From: Octopus bimaculoides
Taxonomy: Eukaryota
DNA length: 53,211 nucleotides
Direction of reading: 5' to 3'
NCBI RefSeq assembly: GCF_001194135.2
Contig: NC_068984.1
Location: 50,710,846-50,764,056 of the forward strand
Shown here in pieces: positions 36,906 to 49,399 of this stretch. Within the stretch, counting starts at the first letter, position 1. Each line of letters starts with the position of its first letter. The notes beneath the pieces were generated by a model that was not told the origin of the DNA, did not search any database, and saw only the letters and a program-made list of their open reading frames with translations. The translations under genes and the position numbers were made by a program.

Positions 36906-37659
36906 CTCAGTCGCGCGTCTGTTTTTCGCTTATTTTTTGTGTGTTTTACTACATAAAGGTCACCAACTGCCTACCCTGAGTAATTACTGACAGCACGTGC
37001 CTGATAATATATATGCATACATACATACACATGACAGAGAGAGAACGGGATATTGTTGCATTCTGTTTCACATGTTCAAATATGTAGACAGAGCTCATCA
37101 TTTAAGAAGCACAGAATAAGATTGGCGGAACAAACAGAAGCTCTCTGTGCTTGAGTTACTGTTGTAACTTATTGCCGATTTAAAATTAAACATCTATACT
37201 ACCGATTATGCCAATACATCGCCCTTTACTTGGGCACAAAGCCACGAATTTTGTTGGAAGATATGGTCGATTAAACCGATTCAGTATTTCACTGGTATTT
37301 ATTTTATTAGCCCTAGAAGGATGAAAAGCAAGGACCATGTCTTGTATAATGTGAACTCAGAACGTACCTAAATACCGCCAGGCCTCTTCCGACATTCCAT
37401 TGCTTCTACTACTTTTACCAGCCTAATGATAATAATGATATTTTTAACATAGACACAAGTCACACTTGACTTGTGCTATATTTAACGACCTCGGCATGAT
37501 TTGAACTCAGAACGTAATGAGCCGTAGCTAAATACTGTAAAGCATTTTGTCCGACACTTCACAAATTCTGCCACGCCTCCAACTTTGTGACAGTTCTAAC
37601 GACAAAATGATTATTCTCGTTCCCCCTCTCCCTCCCTCCCCTCTCTCTCTACATACATA

Positions 37660-37690
<31 letters not shown>

Positions 37691-37775
37691 GGAATGTGTT
37701 TTTAGGTGAGTGTATATGGTTGTGTGTGGTATTCTATGATAAACTCCATCTGTAATCTTACATTCNNNNNNNNNN

Positions 37776-37836
<61 letters not shown>

Positions 37837-38314
37837 CGCGCGATCGCAGTTGGTATTTATATCGCGCGGTATCCTTCTAGACAAACAAGTCAGATCTTAA
37901 TTAGCAATTACAGCTGATCTTAAGTTGCTCCTCCTCCTCCTCCTCTTACAATCCCACCTCCTGTTCTTAAACTGAGGGACGACAATACTAAGCCATTACT
38001 GCTTCCATTAGTAAGACTTGGTTTAAGAAAAAAACACCGATAATAGCAGCAGCACCAGCAACCGCACCAGCACCAGCAACAGCGCCAGCAGTTGTTCTTG
38101 ACAGCTCTTGTGATAACCATTCAGATTTATCACCCATGACAAGTAGCAGTAATTAAATGGAGATTGGATTGCGGCGAGAAAATGTTGCTTAGATAGACTG
38201 GACGGTGCCTGACTTTTAAGCCTTCGGGTGCTCCTCCTCGTTCTGGTCCTGTTTATTAAATGTTAAGTTTGTAGAGGTTCTGTTTGAGTTCCTTTTTTTA
38301 ATTTTATTTCAATC

Positions 38315-38364
<50 letters not shown>

Positions 38365-38619
38365 ATTCTTCCATGAAAACTGTCACCTGAAACGTCAATT
38401 TGTTCTTCTCGCGTCAAGGGAACAGTTTTTTTTCTGTCCGTTTATATCTATGGTCATTTGCAAAGTACTTTGATGACGATAATTGATATAGTTGGAGAGA
38501 CAGAACGTAGCATCAACAAACAATATAGTCATACCATATCACCACACTTGAAAAAACTATCTTCATCTAAGCTAACATTACTACAACATCACGCTACAAA
38601 TTAGTGAAATAAACATCGA

Positions 38620-39058
38620 AGATGCTGTACCCCAAATAGAAACATGAGTTACTCAGAGGTATTGGAAGCTTATCTGATGAATCCATCACAATGCTGGAAA
38701 CACTTCCATATCATCAGTAGATATCTCAGAGCGATAAGCGTTTCGTCTTTTAGGCTGTAGGCATCACCTGAGTGAGGCAGCGAGGATTGAATTAGTCTTC
38801 GTCTGCTGAAGGGTTCCACCTACTGTCTCTTGTCAACCACAGCGACTGACCGACTGACCTTGATCTGGTTTCAGTTGCCATGCCTATCTCCTTGGTGTCT
38901 TTCTTAAGCTGTCTGGGGTCCAGACCAATTTTCCACAGAAAATAGAGCACCGAACTAGCTGGAAAGCCGCGGCAGCAGACTTCAACTGGGAATGAAGACG
39001 CGTGCCATCCTTTGAGAAGTGCCTCGTCGACTAAGTTCTGATTGTTTTCCTTTTAGGT
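38620..39058 (-). mobile_element. Hero-clade (RLE) non-LTR retrotransposon, 3' end
   Basis: Minus strand: NQNLVDEALLKGWHASSFPVEVCCRGFPASSVLYFLWKIGL..ATETRSR....LWLTRDSRW..* with stop at 38792-38794. PVEVGCRGF is the Hero-type RLE signature. Confidence 0.82.
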
Positions 39059-41864
39059 TTTAAAGTGTTTTTGTTTTTTTTTAGGCTAGATACTACACTA
39101 CATTCCAATATCAAGCTAGCAATACGATATGATATAACACCTATAATAGCACATTGCAATATCACACACTACGACGCCACACATCAACAACACTCTATGA
39201 TACCATCGCAGCAACATCATTCTCACAAATTTATACCCCTACAAAACTAATCAGCAACGGAGTTTCTAAATGACTGAGCGACTTGAAACAGCGACCAAAC
39301 ATTACTCAAATCACACCTAGTATCTTAAAAAAATGGAGGGGCACATTAATTAATATTGACTTAGATTCCTGCCAGATTGTATAGTGACAGGTGGGATACT
39401 TTTGATAATAAGCTAGTCCGATGAATATTGACCTGGACTTAATAAGAATATCATCATCATCATCATCATCATCATTATCATCAAGAACAATAACTAAAGC
39501 AACAATACAGGACAAGGAAATGTTTTGTGTAATGTTCTTGAGGTCGATGCTTAATATTCAATTTAGATTTCTATAATTTGATGCCTGCTGGGAAAATGTT
39601 GCTGGTTCTGTGGAGTTAGGCATGTGTTTCATGCAAGAAGAAACAAAGTAAACTTGATGAGAAGAGGAGACACGGCTGGATTAAAACAGCTGTCTTTAAA
39701 AAACTCAAAAGGAAAAAAAATCATGTCTTCGGAGTCACTCTGGGACCATTAAAAAAAAAATGGAATTCGATGACTGCAGTGACTATTGATTCACTAGGAA
39801 GAAGAAATGAAAAGATAGAAGTGATGAGAGTAAGAAAGAGGTGAAGATTTTGGTTTATTATTGTTTCATTTTGCTTGCTTTTATTTGGATATCTCAGAGC
39901 TTCAGAGCTCAAAAACTAAAAATTTTTGAAATAGGAAATATATCAGCTGATTCCGTTGTGAATGCCAAAAAAATGCATTATTAGAAAAGGAAGCAATGTT
40001 CCAGGGATTTGGGTTAAAGTTTAGGGATTAGTGTTAGCGGTAGGGTTTAGGGTGAGCATTTAACATTAAAATCAGGGTTATGTTTTCGGGTTAAGATTAT
40101 ATTGAAGAAATTTAATTTTCTTTTTAAATTGCCCTTTTTTTTTCAGAAAAAATCTGATTCAAACAGAAGCTTAGCTGCTATTTCATAACGATGAATGTTT
40201 TAAGTATTGAACTGTCTGCTTTTTTTAATGCCCGTCTTGTTTTGAAAGCGTTCCATTTGTGACTGTCCTGTATATAGCATGATTACAGTATAGTTCTTTC
40301 TCTACCTCGGGAATTTATTTCTTCATTTTTTTTTCCAATAATTCACATTTTTGCCTGTGCAAAGAAAACAACTAACTTACTTATATATTCTTAAAATGTT
40401 CGATTTCGGAGTTTAAACGGTGGGATATCCTTTCAATCTATTTAGAATAGGCGTATGAGATTTGGATAGAGTACCATGTGGTATTTTATCCGGATTTCTG
40501 CGTTCTGAGTTCAAACCCCACCGAGGTTAACTTTGCTTTCAATCTTTCGAGAGTTAAATATTGACGCCAAGTCTTTAAAAGTTTTCCCTCGTTCGCGTTG
40601 CACCTGGAAAAGTGTCCTGGAATAACAAGCACTTACTATGTCTCTTCTCTTTCTCCAGAAATAAAAAGAACGTTGAGCGAGAGAGAGGGGTTAATAATCT
40701 GTTTATATGGGGAAAAGAGGGTTATGTACTATTGGAATAGTCCAGAAATGTGCATCATATAGTGCGGAACGGTGATAAAGACATGTTCATATATTCATTA
40801 AACATATGTTTTCTTGTTACAACAGATATATATTTAATTGTTTCATATGTCTTCTAGTACATTTTCTCATATTCTATACAATGCCATTCTCCAGAAATAT
40901 CTGGAGAATGGTTATTGAATAAAAAACGTTCCAGCTTTGACCGTCTTTTATTTTGCGCATCATTATCTAATGCATTTCCGTTTACTAAAATGATTGGTTA
41001 CACGATTTTTTAAAGTCTTTAGTAGGTTTATAAAATGTTTCTCCGTGAATATTTACGGGTACTCAATCACTGATGAAATCCATCCTAAAACAGAACTGAA
41101 ACTAGTCCAGCTGATGGCATTTTTTTTCTTCTGTCAATGAACACGGTGAATATAGGAACAAAAAGTATGAGTTTGTCTATTTCATACAGCATTGACTAAA
41201 ATCTACTGATATATTCTGCAGTATTGAAACAAAACATTATTAATGCTCCAGTAGATTATAAATGTATTATATTTTCACATATTTCAATATCTTTTTAATA
41301 ATCTATGCACTGTCATATCACTGAAGGCTATACTTTTGAATCAATTTATGACACGGTCCTCGATGTTCATTAAATCAATGAATTTCTCACGGGTTTTCGT
41401 TTAAACACAGACCTCGAAGTGTGAAATGACGGTGTCATCTTTGTGCCTGTTACTTTGTATGTGACGTGTAGATATACGTATTTGCCGCAATAGGAAGACG
41501 TAGTTTCAAAGTGTTTGTTATTTCTACACTACGCGTGTTATCTCTTCTAGTTGTATGTTATCGTTACTTGGTATTTGTTATCTCTACATGGTATTTATTA
41601 TCTCTGAGTGATGTTAACCAAATGGTTTTGTTTCCTTTCTTTTAGTTCTCGGAGCATGTTAACTATATCTTGTTACGTGTTTACGCAGTTAATATTTATG
41701 TTCCAGGATCGTTGGTTTGTAATAGTATATGATGATAACTGCATGCTCTGTTGGCTCTCTATATTGATTTCCTGCTTAGACAGAAGGCCAAATGTTTATG
41801 TAGAGCAATGTTACAGTCAAATAAATTAGTCTTAATATATGACCTTAATATATGAATAAACTTT

Positions 41865-42055
41865 AATACGAGTGATTTGAGGGAGCCTCTAAGTTTATCA
41901 TGCAAGAAATAGCAACTAAATTTCCTTCAATTCACATCCTACCTACACAAAAAAAGAGGACATTGAATATATCCTGTATAAAGTAGGATGGCCACAACTG
42001 GATTCGCGTTAATCATAGGTTTGCTATATGAATATTGACCTGAAATTAAAGAAGT
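41865..42055. mobile_element. Repeat family E, degraded
   Basis: Contains caagaaatagcaactaaatt...aggacattg...ggatggccacaactggatt..tcataggtttgct...tgacctga. Confidence 0.55.
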
Positions 42056-42426
42056 TGTATTAGCTGCAAGGCGTTAAAGGCAATGCAGATTTTGAAGAAA
42101 TAATACGAACGATGCAGATTGGAGTATGAATGATCTCTAATTTCAATTATTGCAAGTCACATATTTCAATATATTGAACTCTTAGCGAATTGATTTGCAT
42201 CCATTCTAAATGTAAGTTGCACGAAACTTATGCCTACTGCATTTTGCTGAAGGATTGGAAATACAATCAAATGACAGCGCCAATTCCATGATGAAAGGAA
42301 ACAACAGGGGACATGTTTTGGTATATTAGATCTCCTCAGCACACTGACCTGCATTCATCCTAAATGCAAACAGCATCAATCTTTTGGCTACTATTTTTCA
42401 AGGGAATAACGTTTATCTCTCACACT

Positions 42427-42473
<47 letters not shown>

Positions 42474-42646
42474 NNNNNNNNNNNNNNNNNNNNNNNNNNN
42501 NNNNNNNNNNNNNNNNNNNNNNNNNNNNNNNNNNNNNNNNNNNNNNNNNNNNNNNNNNNNNNNNNNNNNNNNNNNNNNNNNNNNNNNNNNNNNNNNNNNN
42601 NNNNNNNNNNNNNNNNNNNNNNNNNNNNNNNNNNNNNNNNNNNNNN

Positions 42647-42723
<77 letters not shown>

Positions 42724-43205
42724 ACACGTGTGTGTGTGTCTATGCAATCAAATGTCAGCGCCAGTTCCACGATGAAGCATTTTCTACTTTTATATTTTTT
42801 TTCTCTAATTATAGTAGCATCGGTACGGTTAATTTAATATATACGTTGTTAACATTGACTTACAACATAGTCTTCACCAAGTGAAGCACACAGCTGACAT
42901 CTATTGCCGAATAAAAAAATGAAAAATTGTTTGCTGGTCTTTGTTATGTTAAGGATGTTTATTGGTGGTGTTATTTATTTTTTCGACGTCATTGTCCTCG
43001 TCATTGTTGTTGTTGTTCTTCTTCTTGAAATCAAAATGGTCTGGTTATTTTGATATGATATCTGAGATAAATATTTTATTGCAGTAAAAAATTGTTTGAG
43101 ATTGCATATCTCTTAAAACAAAACAAAAAACTCTTTAGTTCTATTTTTTATTACCGTTGAACAACGAAGTAAAACCTTTTCTTAAAAATAAAAACAATAT
43201 TAATG

Positions 43206-43258
<53 letters not shown>

Positions 43259-43372
43259 NNNNNNNNNNNNNNNNNNNNNNNNNNNNNNNNNNNNNNNNNN
43301 NNNNNNNNNNNNNNNNNNNNNNNNNNNNNNNNNNNNNNNNNNNNNNNNNNNNNNNNNNNNNNNNTGTGTGTG

Positions 43373-43418
<46 letters not shown>

Positions 43419-44805
43419 AGAGAAATAGAACCATGTACATATGTAGATATGCGTATGTTTGAATGTGTGTGTGTGTGTGTGTGTGCGTTTCTGTGGAAAT
43501 GAGTGTTGACGGAGACAAGAGTACATCAATCGTCAGTTAAAAAAAAAACACTTTACTTACACGTGTGTCTCTTATCAGATTAATGGAAATTGAGCGAATA
43601 TTGTTGAGAAATATCTAAAAATACAAAAAGATATCGATTAAAGTGAGATCTTGTGGTTTTATATCTCCGTGGAACAAGCATTTGCAATATGTGGCACAAG
43701 GATCGCATGTGGCCGTCCTCAAATTTCTGCATGCCATCCGTAATGTCATGGTTATATCGTCATTGTTTTTTTACTTACATTTCATAACGTAATCTTTAGG
43801 TTCAACTGTTAATTTTGGACAATTTTCTTTGCCTCTCTGTCATTCGTTAAGGCGTTTTTTCAGCTAACTCCATTTTATTCTCTTCTCAAACGGTAAAAGT
43901 TGAAATTTTATTATTTTTTATTTTATAAAATCGTTGTTATTACTTTGGTCATCGCATATTGAGATCCTTCGACAAACACATCTTTCTCATTATTACATGA
44001 GATTAGCAGTTCTTGAAGTATCTTATAGGTCTACTTCCGAATCAAATACAATGGCTTTGACTTATGCTTTCTTCTCAATCTCCAAACCACAAAATGTTAA
44101 GTTTTTGATTTTATAACTGACATTTTTGATGACCCCAGGTTTGGAGGCGAAATTTTAAGGTTTTAAACTCCGTCCTACACACTCACAGATACGTACATTA
44201 ACTACTAACTTTAAGCACATTGAAAGTTCAGTTGTATAAAGATAGAAGAAAATCCCGTTCATTTCATGCAGCGATAGGAGGGTTTAAGCTACTGGTGTTA
44301 ATAAATTATAGNNNNNNNNNNNNNNNNNNNNNNNNNNNNNNNNNNNNNNNNNNNNNNNNNNNNNNNNNNNNNNNNNNNNNNNNNNNNNNNNNNNNNNNNN
44401 NNNNNNNNNNNNNNNNNNNNNNNNNNNNNNNNNNNNNNNNNNNNNNNNNNNNNNNNNNNNNNNNNNNNNNNNNNNNATTCTCTGCGCCCATTTCGTTCTG
44501 TCATCAATCATCCTTAATCTCCCTTTTATTTCTTTATTTTTTTATGTTATTCTTTTTAAATCTTGTTTTTATTTTACTACTTTTTTATCTTTTCATTTCC
44601 ATTTCATGTTTTGTCTGTTACGAGTTGTACCGCTAACAACATTCAGTCTCAACATACCAAAAAAAAAAAAAAGAAATATTGGAACCTTGTGTATTTTTGA
44701 TTTTCCCAAACTCATAACTAATTGCCTGACGAATCCTTAACACAACAGGAAACTCAGTGTTAAATGAATTTTCATAATTCATGAGATTTTGATTATTTTT
44801 CCTCT

Positions 44806-44843
<38 letters not shown>

Positions 44844-45790
44844 GAGGAAGAGTATACTTAAGACCAAAATATCTAATAACTTTTGACATTCTTAAGACAA
44901 TAAGGTAAGTTTTATTATATATTTCACTGCCAGAGTCCCTCATATTGACTCAAAATCGCCGTAATTTATTGTTAATTCATTTGGATGATTCATACTATAG
45001 ATGGTGAGTTGGCAAAGAATTGTTAGTGTTTTCTAAAATGCTTCATGGTGTTCGTTGCAGTTCCCTTCGCTCTGGGCTCAATGACCACTTACATCAATTT
45101 TGCCTTACGCTTTTGAAGGGGCTGATAAATGAACTATCGGTACTGGAGCCGCTGCATCCTCTTCCTCCTTGTTCTACTTCAACATTGTTTAGATCTGTAG
45201 AGGTGTTGGAAGTCCAAAAGAAGAATAAAAAGGGTCACTTCCTCTGCAAATCAGTGGCTTTGTACCAATGTAAGAAAAAGAAAGCTTATTAGATCTTTTG
45301 TTAGAAAGAAGAAAAAGGAAACGAGGTAGTAAATATATTTATATATTCCACAAGTACGTCAGTAGTAACAGTAAGTCATTAAAAACGAATGCGTAATCTA
45401 GTAATTATCTCATAAATCACGTTGGGTAAAGCGACAGTTTCACTGATGTAATATAGATAAAATATTACATATATTATTTCTACTTAAAAAAAAAATTAAC
45501 TACAATTCGGTGTTTTTATAATGTAGAAGGGAAATATCAAGTAACTTGTGGTTGTTCAAATTATTCTTATTTGTTTTATCGACACCAGCGGGAGTTCAAT
45601 TGGAGAACATATAAAAGCGATTGTTTCATGTTTGTACAGTTGGTCAGATAACATATGTAAATAAACATATGTATAGAAACGATTAGAACCTCAGCAATAC
45701 AAGAATAAAGAAATATACTGGAGCGTAATTTGTTAGTGAAATAACAGGTTAGGTAGAGGCGAGTTAATACCAGTTATAGTTTCCATTCAC

Positions 45791-45958
45791 GCAGGAGTGG
45801 CTGTGTGGTAAGTAGCTTGCTTACGAACTACATTGTTCCAGATTCAGTCCCATTGCGTGGCACCTTGGGCAAGTGTCTTCTACTATAGCCTCGGGCCGAC
45901 CAAAGCCTTGTGAGTGAATTTGGTAGACGAAAACTGAAAGAAGCCCGTCGTATATATG

Positions 45959-46010
<52 letters not shown>

Positions 46011-46230
46011 TGTGTGTTTGTGTGTCTGTGTTTGTCCCCCCACCATCGCTTGACAACCGATGCTGGTGTGTCTACGTCCCAGTAACTTAGCGGTTCGGCA
46101 AAAGGAGACCGATAGAATAAATATTAGGCTTACCAAGAATAAGTCCTGGGGTCGATTTGCTCGACTAAAGGCGGTGATCCAGCATGGCCGCAGTCAAATG
46201 ACTGAAACAAGTAAAAGAGTAAAAGAGTAA
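45791..46230 (+). mobile_element. SINE family B, full-length young copy with expanded internal (TA)n
   Basis: Runs from gcaggagtggctgtgtggtaagtagcttgc to aatgactgaaacaagtaaaagagtaaaagagtaa. Matches 13719-14124. Confidence 0.94.
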
Positions 46231-47279
46231 ATCTAAGGAGCATGCTTGCTGTTGTTTAGTCCTCAGGCTGGCTCTAACCCAGAAGACTTAGATTAATGTA
46301 ACCGAGTTTTAGCTGAAGAAAACAAGAAGGAAGCGAAAATTCTTTTTTCTTTTTTATGTTCGAGATCACTTTCTAGCAGAAGATCGTACCGTAAATCTTG
46401 GAGTAACAGTTTGTGAAATTTGTTTTTCTGCTTTAATAAACTCCAGCTTTTAATGCCGTGTTTGGGTATTCAAGGGGTATTATTTTCTTCACCTTGCATT
46501 GTACTTATGTGGTCATCTATATATGTATATTATATGTATGCATGCGGCTGTATACACGCGCACATACCGAGCCCATGCCTCTTTAATTTTCTTTCATGGC
46601 CTTTGAGACTTTTGAGGGGAACAGAGGAACTTGTCCTCAAATTGGTCATTCACCCCGAATACTTGCAGCAGAGTGAATACCGCCAAATGCATCTCTGAGC
46701 CGGACAGTATTGTTAAACTGCCTGATGGTTTGATCTGTAACCCAAGAACTCAAAACGCCAAAGACTTAAACAGGCACTACTAACAATTCCCCCAATCCGT
46801 TACTTTATTTCATACTTTATTTTATACGCTTGGAAAAGATGAAAAGTAAAGTACCTTCCCCCAATCATTTATGACTGCCTTATGCACCTGATGAAGGCAG
46901 TGAGATTTTGTAAGGTTTAAATTTATTTCAGTTCTTCCGATTTACGCTACATTAGGCATAAAATAAATGGTATTTAATTAGAAACTAGGCATTAAAAGCA
47001 CAAATTTGCAAATGAGGTTGTCAAAGAGTATTTATCTAATTTATGACTGCTTTGTATTGCCTAATTCAATTTATGTATTTACCTTATTTAAGACTGTTTT
47101 GATGATCTATACAATTGCTTGGGGGAAGATGCTAGGGTACGCTTTCTCTGAAGAGTGGTGAACAAAACGTGAAACAGTGTGTCAGAAGACTTCCTCATTT
47201 TTTACACGTCGTTAGAATAGAAAGAATCTTTGCCTTCTTATTTTATACCCACTGAAGATTTGTAATATTTACCAATACA

Positions 47280-47645
47280 GGTGTGGTAAGAAGCTTGCTT
47301 TCCCATTACAGGGTTCCGGGTTCAGTTCCACTGCGTGGCACCTTGGACAAGTATCTTCTATTATAGCCTCATATTAACCAAAGCCTTGTGAGTGGATTTG
47401 TTAAACGGAATCTAAAAGAACCCCGTCACGCTCGGGTGTGTATATGTGTGTGTGTGTCTTTGCGTCTTTTCCTTCACCACTGCTTGGCAACCGGGGTTGT
47501 ATTTATGTTCCCGTAACTTAGGGGTTTGGTAAAAAAGGCCGATAGAATACGTACTAGGCTCAAAAACAAAAGCAAGGGGTCGATTCGTCAAAGTGGTGCC
47601 CCAGCATGGCCGCAGTCTAATGACTGAAACAAGGAAAAGATAAAA
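47280..47645 (+). mobile_element. SINE family B, near full length
   Basis: Contains gtgtggtaagaagcttgc..ggcaccttggacaag..cagcatggccgcagtctaatgactgaaacaagg. Confidence 0.88.
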
Positions 47646-47948
47646 GATATATACATTCATACACATTTATATATATATTTTTTTGATCATTCGGTTGTCT
47701 GCATTTGTACTATGGAAGCTATAGTCTTGATAGGTATATATACACACTATGCGTAAATATGTCTCTATGAAAGATAATGTGATCGTGCAAGAAGTAGAGA
47801 AGGAAATAGAAAAGAGTAAGAAAGATCGATATGTTTGATTAATGTATCCAAATGTTACACAACACTCTAACGCTGATATTGTAAACAAACATCTAGAGAA
47901 CGAGTATATGAATGAATGTGCATCTTTCTCGCCCCTCCCCTATCTCTC

Positions 47949-47981
<33 letters not shown>

Positions 47982-48143
47982 ATACTTTTTGTTCTTGTAT
48001 CTTTATGAATCATGTTTTTTTTTAAACATATAGTGTGCACGTGTATCTGTGTGACGGTTTTTAAGTATTTCATGTGTATTTATGTACATGCATGTTTTTA
48101 GTATTACTGACTTGGCAAAGGATCTAAGAATTGCATGCGTGTG

Positions 48144-48144
<1 letters not shown>

Positions 48145-48185
<41 letters not shown>

Positions 48186-48212
48186 TACTACTACTATTAT
48201 TATTATTATTAT
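48145..48212. repeat. (CTA)n/(TTA)n trinucleotide repeat
   Basis: Direct observation. Confidence 0.92.
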
Positions 48213-48605
48213 TTTGCATGTATGTTAATCTGCGCGTTCTTTTCGTTTTATTTGTCGTTAGAATGGGTGAACATTTTTATGCAATATATCAATATATCTG
48301 TATAAAAATGAACGAAATCTTTTCTGAAATTTCTAGTGGTCAAATTCACTTGAAACTTTTTCAGACACACGGGTTCATACCTCAAAGTACACAAAGAAAA
48401 ACATTTTAACCAGACATTTCATTGTTTGTTCAAGTAAAACACATACAGGTATATAAAATTTGAATTGTTGTATAGGTATATAAAACTGGTTTATGTTTAT
48501 GTTTATGATGGTTGCGGTTCATCATTCATCGTTCCTTCGACTTTTGTTCATTCATGTGCTCATGTAGCCTAAGATAACTCGTAAATTCAGCTGATGTTAT
48601 TGTCA

Positions 48606-48830
48606 TCTTTTACTTGTTTTAGTCATTGGACTGCGTCCATCTTTCTGTACCCTATTGAAGGGTTCAGTTGAACAAGTCCTTCCCAGTACTTTTGATACTA
48701 AGCTTGGTACCTATTCTGTCGGTCATTTTTAACGAACCGCAAGATTGTGAGTATGCAAGTAAAGTGGTGGTAGGGGTCAAACACAAACACATATCCACAC
48801 ATACGCACACACGCTCACACACATACACAA

Positions 48831-48872
<42 letters not shown>

Positions 48873-49005
48873 TGTGTGCTTCCTTCATTTTCTGTCGACC
48901 AAATCCACTCACAAGGCTTTGATCAACCCTGGAGTTATAGTGGAAGTAAAGTGCCACGTACTGGGACTGAACCTGAAACCATATGGTAGGGAAGTAAACT
49001 TCGTA
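48606..49005 (-). mobile_element. SINE family B, degraded, with internal (TA)n
   Basis: Contains tttacttgttttagtcattggactgcg...ccaaatccactcacaaggcttt...gtgccacgtactgggactgaacc. Confidence 0.82.
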
Positions 49006-49399
49006 TACAATGTTTGTGTTGTTTTTGTGCAAAATCGTCAACGGTCCAAGCGTGAAGAGTCTGTTATAACTGTAAGTTGGTAAACCAGATTATTTCTCAT
49101 ACATAAGTTACCTTTCAGTTGATATTAGTCAGTTATGCAGAGTCAAGGCTGAAATAATGACAATATTTCCGATTCAGCAATGAGTGCCGTTGACTAATAT
49201 CAACTGCAAAAAGCTTTTAAGTATGAGGAAATAACCCTATTTATCAACACACAACTATTTGCGCACGGGCGCAATGGGACAAGGACTGGAACTATACGGC
49301 GCTGGTGAACATAATTACACTACATAAATAAAGGTATTTTAAAAAACAATAACGAAAGAAACAATTTTTTCCATAAACTATCTCCAATCTTAATAGGAT

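Noticed and set aside
37920-38135. Pro/Ala-rich reading frames
   Set aside because: They come from (CCT)n and (CAG/CAC)n repeats, with early stops and no convincing splice sites.
38700-38760. Possible hammerhead ribozyme in the Hero 3'UTR (minus strand has CGAAAC and CTGATGA)
   Set aside because: Stems II and III do not pair as the catalytic core requires.
7422-44636. Long ORFs containing poly-X (e.g. 7422-8939, 9527-10321, 18816-19691, 31142-32161)
   Set aside because: They are open only because N gaps contain no stop codons.
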